A stretch of DNA of 64,000 nucleotides from Macrostomum lignano. Its lineage: Eukaryota. Below the pieces are notes generated by a model, which had not been told where the DNA came from, did no database searches, and saw only the letters and a list, made by a program, of their open reading frames with translations. Below are positions 11,201-20,722 of the stretch, piece by piece (the stretch's first letter is position 1; each line of letters begins with the position of its first letter). The position numbers and the translations under genes were made by a program. The stretch lies in the NCBI GenBank assembly GCA_002269645.1, contig NIVC01002582.1, positions 95,748 to 159,747 of the forward strand, in the 5' to 3' direction.

Positions 11201-14200
11201 CGCCGCCGTTGTACGTGGCGAGCTTGCCGGAGTAGCCGCGACCGTCTAGCTGTTGTTCGGTGCTGTAATTCCAAGCCGTCGAGTTCATGTAGCCGAACGG
11301 TTCGCGGCTCTCGGCGCTGCGGCTGTACATGGCGTAGCAGGCGCGGATGTTGGCGCGAAAATCTGTCGCGATTGAGCAGCTGTCGTTGCGGACTCGAACC
11401 TGGCGGACAGATTGCCATTTTTGGGCAGCGTTAATAACTATCTATAATGTTTCTAATTTGTAATTTATATAATGAGAATAATTTATTACGCCTGGCCTAA
11501 TTTGACCAGATGTGCAACCGACAGCTCAGCCGCAGCTATTGCGCGGCGCATCTGAAGGCTGCGTACGGCTGTTCAGTCCAAGGACTGGGGAGTCGCCACA
11601 CACAGCCTCAATTACCCCAGCCAATGCTGGCACCCATTTTACAGCTGGGTGAACTGAAGCAATGCAGAGTTCAGTGTCTTGCTCAAGGACACGAATTGTT
11701 CCGAGTGGGTCGAGACTCCAACTCCCGACCTTTCAGTCGTGAGTCCAACATCCGAACCACTAGGCTACATCCCTTACAACACAACCCTTTTAGCACACGT
11801 CCGCGCATAAATAAGGAAACTTGCTGCTCTATTTTTAACTTATTTTATTGTTTTCCTTACTGATTTCACCAAAAACCCAAGCGTCCACCATGAATAGGAC
11901 TGTCAAGGGGGGCATGGCGCAGCCCAGTGGTCAAGCACGGCGCTCTGATGAGCCAGCGGCCCAGACTCGATTCCAAGTGTGGTTACATTGACTTGGGGCT
12001 AAATTGGAATCTCGGTTTGGCTCTGCTCGTGCAATTAATGACCTTAGGGGCCAACCCCCAAGTCACAGTGAAGTGTACATGCCTAACGATAGATAAAGTT
12101 AGGGCCGCTGTACACTCCTGTGTGAGTGTGTGCCTGTGCGTATGACTGTGTACGTATCCGCGGCAGTAATGCCTCTCACTGGTTGTGAGACAATGTCGCT
12201 TAAAGTGCGCCAGGGTGCATTCCCGTTTGATTCATGGCCTCTCAGCAACTCCCGTTTAACCCTGTCATCTCTCAAAATTCCACATTGATTGATCAATCAA
12301 AATCAACAGCCAATCACCTGTCGCATCCTTGGTACGCCGAGCAGTTTGTTCTCATAGTAGATGAAATTTCGCTCTCTCGGATCGGTCACATTGGCATTGT
12401 TATACCAGGTGTCCCAGTACAGGCCGGAGATCAGGGGGCCTTGAGCGAACTGAGGGTTTAATTATGAAAAATATCATGCCTTCGGTATTTTTCATTTTTT
12501 TTATTATTGTCACAGCAGTGTGCCAGGAAGCCGATCGCTCACCCCCCACCAGTCCGCGAAGTTCTTCACCGACGTAAAAGTAGCACCACTGGCGGTTGGC
12601 GTGGTCAGGAACAGCGAGTTCATCACGAACGTGTAATAGTACATTGTTGACGAGGTCATGCCGAAGGTCACTGGAATTATAAGTAGTTAATTTTACTTTC
12701 TGAATTTTTCCTTGTTAAACACTAAAAATGACTGTCACTGATTTGACTTTCACTGATTTGACTTTCACTGATTTGACTTTCACTGATTTGACTGTCACTG
12801 ATTTGACTGTCACTGATTTGACTATCACTGATTTGACTGATTTGACTGTCACTGATTTGACTGTCACTGATTTGACTGTCACTGGTTTGACTGTCACTGA
12901 TTTGACTGTCACTGATTTGACTGTCACTGATTTGACTGTCACTGGTTTGACTGTCACTGATTTGACTGTCACTGGTTTGACTGTCACTGATTTGAGTGTC
13001 ACTGATTTGACTGTCACTGATTTGACTGTCATTGGTTTGACTGTCACTGATTTGACTGTCACTGTTTTGACTGTCACTGTTTTGACTGTCACTGTTTTGA
13101 CTGTCACTGTTTTGACTGTCACTGTTTTGACTGTCACTGTTTTGACTGTCACTGACTGTCACTGCTTGACTGTCACTGTTTTGACTATCCCTTACTGTCA
13201 CTGATTTGACTGTCACTGTTTTGACTGCCACTGCTTGAGTGTCACTGCTTGACTGTCACTGTTTTGACTGTCACTGACTGTCACTGCTTGACTGTCACTA
13301 TTTTGGTTGCCATGGATCAATCTCTGGCCCCAACCTAAACTTCAATTCTAACCCTAATTACCCTAACCCTAAACTTTCTGTGCTCTATGCAGTGCCCCAT
13401 ACAATTTGAATTTATAAGTACGTAAATTCGATAATAAGTCAGTGAAAGTGACATACAGATCATTAGCACTATCAGGAACAGGCAGTACACGATGAGCTCT
13501 CTCAGGGTGGTCTTGATGTACAGCTCTCGGTTCTCGCGAGTATCCATGGTGTAATTGGTGCGCCACACAACTGCATTTCGTGAAATGGTGATTTTGTGTG
13601 CATCGTACGAGAAGTGTGATTGTCACAGGAAAGCAGAGGTGTAAAATTAAACTACACGTTTATAATAGCCGTGATTTAAATAAAAGAAGCAAATAAAGTT
13701 GTTTAAATTTAGGCATTATAAATTATTACGAATGCAGATGACCACCAGGAATAGGCAGTACATGACCAGCTCGCGCAGAGTGGTCTTGATTTTCAACTCA
13801 GCGTTCTGCGACACATCCTCCGTGTCCTTTGTCATCCAGACGGCTGAGTGAGTCGATTTTAGATAAATGATATAGTCTTGGTTACCAGGAGCCTAGCCAG
13901 GGGAGCGGCTAGATGGGGTCGCCACCCTCACACTCCCTGACCCCCCTGTTCAAAGTTTTAACAGTTTTCCAACAGCTCCTTTGGTGCCATCGGTGCCCGT
14001 TTGGTGTCGGTGTGCCGTTTGATGTCGGTGTGCCGTTTCATGTCGGTGTGCCGTTTGATGTCGGTGTGCCGTTTCATGTCGGTGTGCCGTTTGATGTCGG
14101 TGTGCCGTTTCATGTCGGTGTGCCGTTTGATTTCGGTGTGCCGTTTGATGTCGGTGTGCCGTTTGATGTCGGTGTGCCGTTTGATGTCGGTGTGCCGTTT

Positions 14201-16030
14201 GATGTCGTTGTTCCATTTGGTGTCGGTGTGCCGTTTCATGTCGGTGTGCCGTTTCATGTCGGTGTGCCGTTTCATGTCGGTGTGCCGTTTCATGTCGGTG
14301 TGCCGTTTCATGTCGGTGTGCCGTTTATTGTCGGTGTACCGTTTCATGTCGGTGTCCCGTTTCATATCGGTGTCCCGTTTCATATCGGTGTCCCGTTTGA
14401 TTTCGGTGTGCCATTTAGTGTCAGTGTGCCTTTTGGTGTCGGTGTGCCGTTTGGTGTCGGTGTGCCGTCTCATGTCGGTGTGCTGTTTATTGTCGGTGTG
14501 CCGTTTGGTTTCGGTGTGCCGTTTGGTGTCGGTGTGCCGTTTGGTGTCGGTGTGCCGTTTGGTGTCGGTGTGCCGTTTGGTGTCGGTGTGCCGTTTGGTG
14601 TCGGCGTGCCGTTTATTGTCGGTGTGCCATTTAGTGTCAGTATCTGTCCATCTGGCCCACGAAGCCTCTCTATCTGTCCATCTGGGTCCTTTGAAACTTT
14701 ACAATAATATAGCGATCCAGTCTGCTCAAGGTTTGGATCTCTTCTCAAATCTTTTTCTTCTCTCCTCTTGTCTCCACTCTTCTCCTTTATTCCCTTTCCT
14801 CTCATCTTTTCTCCAATCTCTCTTCTCTCCCCTCTCCCCTTCTATGGCCCAGAGTCATGCGTTCATCGGTTCTCCCGGGCAAATGGGGGCAAATGGGGGC
14901 GTCGAGTGTACAAGCCGTTGAAAAAAACTTACCGCGCACGCCTCTCTTAAACTTTCCCCAGCATCCGGTAGCCTCATCATCGGTGCCATTATTAGCCGGC
15001 ATGATAGCCGCCTGGCTGCCAAAGTTCGACGAGTTCTCCAGCTGTTCGGCTGCGGCAGAAGTTGTCGGATTGTCGGCGTTGGCTTCCCAGGCCTGAATGG
15101 AACGATGAGGATTAGGGTAGACAGTTAGCCCGAAATTGTGTTAGTTGAATGTAGGGCGCAGTTTCTGCGAAAGCAACTCCCTCTTGAGCCGTGTCTTTAA
15201 CCCTAAATCTCCCCTTGATTCTTAGCATCTCAGTATGAAGGGGTTGTAGCCTGTTGGTTAGAGCGCAGGACTCACGACTTGAAGGGCGGGGGTTCGATTC
15301 TCGACTCAATCGGAACAATTTGTGTCCTTGAGCAAGACACTTAACTCTGCATTGCTTCAGTTCACCCATATGTAAAATGGGTGCCAGCATTAGCTGGGGT
15401 AATTGAGGGTGTGTGTGGTGACCCCCCAGTCCTTGGACTGAACAGCCGTACGCAGCCTTCAGGTGCGCCGCGCAATAGCTGCGGCTGAGCTGTCGGTTGC
15501 ACATCTGGCCATTAGTCGTAGTCGTCGTGTCGCACAATCGGCGATAGGCATTACTGCCCATTCCGCCGACTCCCCTGAGCAGGCAAACACTCACACAAGA
15601 GTGTACAGCGGCTCTAACTTTATTTATCGTTAGGCATGTACACTTCACTGTGCCTTGGGGGTTGGCCCTCAGTGGTGTTAATTGCACGCGCAGAGCCAAG
15701 CCGAGATTCCAATTCAGCCCCAAATTAATGTGACTGCACTTGGAATCGAGCCTGGGCCGCTGGAACATGGATCAGAGCGCCGCGATGGACTACTGGTGGG
15801 TTACGGCTTTACCGTCTTAGCTCTTTTGTACGGAACTATACAGTGGTCATGACGGTTCTCACCTGACTGCCGCCAAGTTGACCACGCGACTGGGCCGACC
15901 CAGTCCTCACAACGTCGTCGTCGTGGACGGTGCGACGCGATTTGGCGCTCGACGCCTGCGGCTGCGTCTGCTGCTGCTCGGCTCCGCTAGCAGATTTTCG
16001 ACTCCTAGCGCTGGCTGGTCTCGACGCCAT
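8204..16030 (-). CDS. PKD2: Polycystin-2 family (TRPP) cation channel, about 893 aa
   Basis: Exons, all GT-AG and phase-consistent: 15863-16030, 14933-15092, [13730-13843 or 13457-13570], 12543-12670, 12318-12449, 10248-11399, 9473-9606, 9027-9144, 8204-8779; total 2682 nt. Motifs: [21 protein letters not shown] (TOP domain), [16 protein letters not shown] pore, [21 protein letters not shown]6, EF-hands, [18 protein letters not shown] coiled coil. Confidence 0.96.
8877..8998. repeat. 15-bp intronic minisatellite (GATTCCTGATTCACA)
   Basis: About 8 units in the last PKD2 intron. Confidence 0.85.
9300..9410. repeat. 16-bp intronic minisatellite (GGGGATATTGTCAGTA)
   Basis: About 6-7 units. Confidence 0.8.
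9985..10162. repeat. 23-bp intronic minisatellite (TCCATTTGGGCACATCTTACAGA)
   Basis: About 7-8 units. Confidence 0.9.
11505..11773 (-). mobile_element. tRNA-derived CORE-like SINE, family A
   Basis: The reverse strand starts GGGATGTAGCCTAGTGGTT (A box) and has a B-box-like segment. It continues GTGTCCTTGAGCAAGACACTGAACTC...TTCAGTTCACCCAGCTGTAAAATGGG, resembling the MIR/CORE domain. Four other copies in the window. Confidence 0.8.
11907..12220 (+). mobile_element. tRNA-derived SINE, family B
   Basis: Head GGCATGGCGCAGCCCAGTGGTCAAG...GACTCGATTCC (A and B boxes). Body shared with the copies at 15527, 23375 and 43937. Confidence 0.75.
12728..13300. repeat. 15-bp intronic minisatellite (ACTGATTTGACTGTC)
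   Basis: About 35 units with variants. Confidence 0.95.
13457..13570 (-). CDS. PKD2: PKD2 alternative exon 3b (pre-S1/S1: [37 protein letters not shown])
   Basis: 114 nt, acceptor AAATGCAG, donor GTATGT, phase 1-1. Confidence 0.9.
13730..13843 (-). CDS. PKD2: PKD2 alternative exon 3a (pre-S1/S1: [37 protein letters not shown])
   Basis: 114 nt, acceptor CTCACTCAG, donor GTAATA, phase 1-1. Paralogous to exon 3b and absent from the ORF track. Confidence 0.88.
13990..14640. repeat. 18-bp intronic minisatellite (GTCGGTGTGCCGTTTCAT)
   Basis: About 36 units. Confidence 0.95.
14650..14850 (-). mobile_element. hAT-like non-autonomous element fragment with a GA/CT tract, family C
   Basis: GAAGCCTCTCTATC...GGTCCTTTGAAACT...GATCCAGTCTGCTCAAGGTTTG is the reverse complement of about 47810-47880, followed by a CT-rich tract. 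Confidence 0.6.
15241..15514 (+). mobile_element. CORE-like SINE family A, near full length
   Basis: GGGTTGTAGCCTGTTGGTTAGAGCG head, GGTTCGATTCTC B box, CORE-like GTGTCCTTGAGCAAGACACTTAACTC...TGTAAAATGGG, and the shared 3' body. Confidence 0.85.
15527..15800 (-). mobile_element. SINE family B, tail-to-tail with the family A copy
   Basis: Reverse complement matches 11907-12220. Confidence 0.75.
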
Positions 16031-17280
16031 GGGCAGTTTTGTGCTGTTTTCTCTCGTTGTTTCGCGAATGAATTGTCTGGAAGATAAAGCGTTATAGAGC
16101 GGTCACTCTGTCAAATTGTTCAATGGACGTACGGGTTTGTTACATGTAGCTAAAATCAAAGCGAAGTTCAAAGGCTACCGGACGAGCGACTCTGGAGAGG
16201 GACTCCGGAGCTGCCCACGGTCGCCCAGGGTTAGCGGAGTTATCTGGACGCCCGGGAGCCCCTTGCAGCTAAGTCAAGTGCGCCAATAAAATGGCTCTAT
16301 GCTGTCTATGGCCTTCCTTTGTTTATATGTTACAAAGTTTGTTTCTGCCAAGATACTGTTTCCTTTCGTGACGTAGTCTAGCTAGAGATCAGGGCGTAAG
16401 ACTGCTGATGTGTCTAGACCTACATTTTCTTTTTTTATTTATTCTAAAATGTGCCCCATGGTTGCAAGGTAAGATTAGGTAGCAGGTATTTAACTAGACG
16501 CTGTTATGACTTACCAAAGCAGTTTACCTCTCGAAGCTGTCTTCCTCAGTTTCTCGCTCGATGCGTCAGCTCATTTCCCTATCGCTCTCCCCTTAAATCC
16601 CCTTCGCTGGGATGGAATCTGAGGGGAGGCGGGGAGGCTGTGGGCGCTTCATCCCTCTCCGCCGTCTGTTTGTTGTGAGAAAATAATCAAAATTTGTTAT
16701 TCGGTTGCTAGGAGCAACAAAAATTGCAGCTTAGATACAGTAGAAGTAAGCGAGATGAAGCTTTATCCACACAACAATTGAGGAGGTAGGTGAGCAGTCT
16801 CTCAATTCTCCAAAATCCACCCCAATCAAACAAAGTGAAGCCCGTAGGCACTAAAAGGATTTTCCTCCGCATTAAATTTTCAACAGAGCGTCACTGCTCT
16901 CCGGGCGCCATTACAAGCTAGCTATCTCTGGGACTGCGCAAAACGAGAGAGAAAGAGCGAGATAAAAAAATACTCCCCGAGAAATTGATTCCATTGAGTG
17001 TCTGTCGGCCCATTGTATTTTGTCTGGCAGTGTGGCAGGTGAAATGCAGCCTTTTAATTCTGCATCAGACACGCTTCGTTGCGATGTAATTTTTCTGTTG
17101 AAGTGGCTGATGAAGATGATTGATGCTGAGTCTTGCTGCTCGGGATTTGATTAAAAATTATCTGCATATCTTCGCTGTGCAAATCGACAAATTTCATTCA
17201 AATAGAGAGCTAGAAATAACTATGCATGAATGAAGATTTTTTATTTAATAAATCATATTATTACTCCCTTGATAATTTTC

Positions 17281-18625
17281 TGTCCTGTCAGTTCCTATCA
17301 GTTCTTATCAGTTCCTATCAGTTCTTATCAGTTCCTATCAGTTCCTATCAGTTCTTATCAGTTCCTGTCAGTTCCTGTCAGTTCTTATCAGTTCCTGTCA
17401 GTTCCTGTCAGTTCCTGTCAGTTCCTGTCAGTTCTTATTAGTTCCTGTCAGTTCCTGTCAGTTCCTATCAGTTCTTATCAGTTCCTATCAGTTCCTATCA
17501 GTTCCTGTCAGTTCCTGTCAGTTCCTGTCAGTTCTTATCAGTTCCTGTCAGTTCCTGTCAGTTCCTATCAGTTCCTGTCAGTTCCTGTCAGTTCCTGTCA
17601 GTTCCTGTCAGTTCCTATCAGTTCCTATCAGTTCCTATCAGTTCTTATCAGTTCCTGTCAGTTCCTATCAGTTCCTATCAGTTCCTGTCAGTTCTTATCA
17701 GTTCCTATCAGTTCCTATCAGTTCCTGTCAGTTCCTATCAGTTCCTATCAGTTCCTGTCAGTTCTTATCAGTTCCTGTCAGTTCCTATCAGTTCCTGTCA
17801 GTTCCTATCAGTTCCTATCAGTTCCTGTCAGTTCTTATCAGTTCCTGTCAGTTCCTGTCAGTTCTTATCAGTTCCTGTCAGTTCTTATCAGTTCCTGTCA
17901 GTTCCTGTCAGTTCCTATCAGTTCCTGTCAGTTCCTGTCAGTTCCTGTCAGTTCCTATCAGTTCTTATCAGTTTCTATCAGTTCCTATCAGTTCCTGTCA
18001 GTTCCTGTCAGTTCCTGTCAGTTCCTGTCAGTTCCTGTCAGTTCCTGACAGTTCCTATCAGTTCCTGTCAGTTCCTGTCAGTTCCTGTCAGTTCCTATCA
18101 GTTCCTGTCAGTTCCCATCAGTTCTTATCAGTTCCTATCAGTTCCTATCAGTTCCTATCAGTTCCTGTCAGTTCCTATCAGTTCCTGTCAGTTCCTATCA
18201 GTTCTTATCAGTTCCTATCAGTTCCTATCAGTTCCTGTCAGTTCCTGTCAGTTCCTATCAGTTCCTATCAGTTCCTGTCAGTTCCTATCAGTTCCTGTCA
18301 GTTCCTATCAGTTCTTATCAGTTCCTATCAGTTCCTATCAGTTCCTGTCAGTTCCTGTCAGTTCTTATCAGTTCCTGTCAGTTCTTATCAGTTCCTATCA
18401 GTTCCTATCAGTTCCTGTCAGTTCCTATCAGTTCCTGTCAGTTCCTATCAGTTCTTATCAGTTCCTATCAGTTCCTATCAGTTCCTGTCAGTTCCTATCA
18501 GTTCCTGTCAGTTCCTATCAGTTCCTGTCAGTTCCTGTCAGTTCCTATCAGTTCCTGTCAGTTCCTATCAGTTCCCGTCAGTTCCTATCAGTTCCTATCA
18601 GTTCCTGTCAGTTCATGTGAGTTCC
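17281..18625. repeat. 10-bp minisatellite (GTTCCTGTCA / GTTCCTATCA / GTTCTTATCA)
   Basis: About 134 units of three main variants. Confidence 0.97.
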
Positions 18626-19119
18626 TTTCTGTTCTCAAACGATTTCTAGAAACAGTCTTTTTACATTTCGGTTTGTTATAGTTGTCGATTATTTAATGTC
18701 ATTTTTTATCTAATAAATGTACTGTTGGCAAATACTAAATAAATAATTTTAAACGACAGTTGAGCACTATGCTGCACTATTATCTTATCCCCTAATGTTC
18801 TTAATACAAAAATCACATTAGAATGCTTGATACGATCTCCAAGCAGTCTGAGAATCCGTAAGATAAAGAAGTTCGAAGTTCACACAGCACGCCAAGTTGT
18901 TGTGCACAGCTTGTCTGTTGGCACTTTTGAGTTGACCTCAGTAGAAATGCTTTAAATAGCGTTGAAATTTAACGCTGTACTTTAACAAAACAACTTTCTC
19001 TTTGCAAGCTCAACTGTTGCTATCTTTGCCTAAAAACAAGGTCAGTCAAACGTTTGTCTGATTATTTACGTTTTATTTTATTGCAAACATTTTTTGTGCT
19101 ATTAGACCTTGGTAGATGT

Positions 19120-20627
19120 TTAAACAGGTGTCAGGATCCTTAAACAGGTGTCAGGATGCTTAAACAGGTGTCAGGATGCTTAAACAGGTGTCAGGATCCT
19201 TAAACAGGTGTCAGGATGGTTAAACGGGTGTCAGGATCCTTAAACAGGTGTCAGGATGCTTAAACAGGTGTCAGGATGCTTAAACAGGTGTCAGGATGCT
19301 TAAACAGGTGTCAGGATGCTTAAACAGGTGTCAGGATGCTTAAACAGGTGTCAGGATGCTTAAACAGGCGTCGGGATACTTAAACAGGTGTCAGGATGCT
19401 TAAACAGGTGTCAGGATACTTAAACAGGTGTCAGGATGCTTAAACAGGTGTCAGGATGCTTAAACAGGTGTCAGGATGCTTAAACAGGTGTCAGAATGGT
19501 TAAACAGGTGTCAGGATGCTTAAACAGGTGTCAGGATGCTTAAACAGGTGTCAGGATGCTTAAACAGTTGTCAGGATGGTTAAACAGGTGTCAGGATGCT
19601 TAAACAGGTGTCAGGATGCTTAAACAGGTGTCAGGATGCTTAAACAGGTGTCAGGATGCTTAAAAAGGTGTCAGGATGCTTAAACAGGTGTCATTAGGAT
19701 CCTTAAACAGGTGTCAGGATGCTTAAACAGGTGTCAGGATGCTTAAACAGGTGTCAGGATGCTTAAACAGGTGTCATTAGGATCCATAAACAGGTGTCAG
19801 GATGCTTAAACAGGTGTCAGGATGCTTAAACAGGTGTCAGGATGCTTAAACAGGTGTCAGGATCCTTAAACAGGTGTCAGGATGGTTAAACGGGTGTCAG
19901 GATCCTTAAACAGGTGTCAGGATGCTTAAACAGGTGTCAGGATGCTTAAACAGGTGTCAGGATGCTTAAACAGGTGTCAGGATGCTTAAACAGGTGTCAG
20001 GATGCTTAAACAGGTGTCAGGATGCTTAAACAGGTGTCGGGATACTTAAACAGGTGTCAGGATGCTTAAACAGGTGTCGGGATACTTAAACAGGTGTCAG
20101 GATACTTAAACAGGTGTCAGGATGCTTAAACAGGTGTCAGGATGCTTAAACAGGTGTCAGAATGGTTAAACAGCTGTCAGGATGCTTAAACAGGTGTCAG
20201 GATGCTTAAACAGGTGTCAGGATGCTTAAACAGTTGTCAGGATGGTTAAACAGGTGTCAGGATGCTTAAACAGGTGTCAGGATGCTTAAACAGGTGTCAG
20301 GATGCTTAAACAGGTGTCAGGATGCTTAAAAAGGTGTCAGGATGCTTAAACAGGTGTCATTAGGATCCTTAAACAGGTGTCAGGATGCTTAAACAGGTGT
20401 CAGGATGCTTAAACAGGTGTCAGGATGCTTAAACAGGTGTCATTAGGATCCATAAACAGGTGTCAGGATGCTTAAACAGGTGTCAGGATGCTTAAACAGG
20501 TGTCAGGATGCTCAAACAGGTGTCAGGATGGTTAAACAGGTGTCAGGATGCTTAAACAGGTGTCAGGATGCTTAAACAGGTGTCAGGATGCTTAAACGGG
20601 TGTCAGGATGCTTAAACAGGTGTCAGG
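19120..20627. repeat. 20-bp minisatellite (TTAAACAGGTGTCAGGATGC) with a 666-bp higher-order period
   Basis: About 75 units. Diagnostic variants recur 666 bp apart. Confidence 0.97.
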
Positions 20628-20722
20628 ACGCGCGTACAGAAGATTGTGTGACCTCCGTTACGTTTAACTTAGCATCAGTAAAAATTATTACAATACTCAA
20701 CTCGCCAGCTCAGACCGTCAGC

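Noticed and set aside
8149-11434. Plus-strand ORFs overlapping PKD2 exons
   Set aside because: Antisense shadows of GC-rich coding sequence with no recognisable motifs.
15241-15315. tRNA gene candidates (A and B box heads here and at 11907)
   Set aside because: They run into SINE bodies shared by several dispersed copies, and no complete cloverleaf is evident.
19120-20627. Regular repeats that could suggest a CRISPR array
   Set aside because: The units are head-to-tail with no unique spacers, no cas genes are present, and the context is eukaryotic and intronic.
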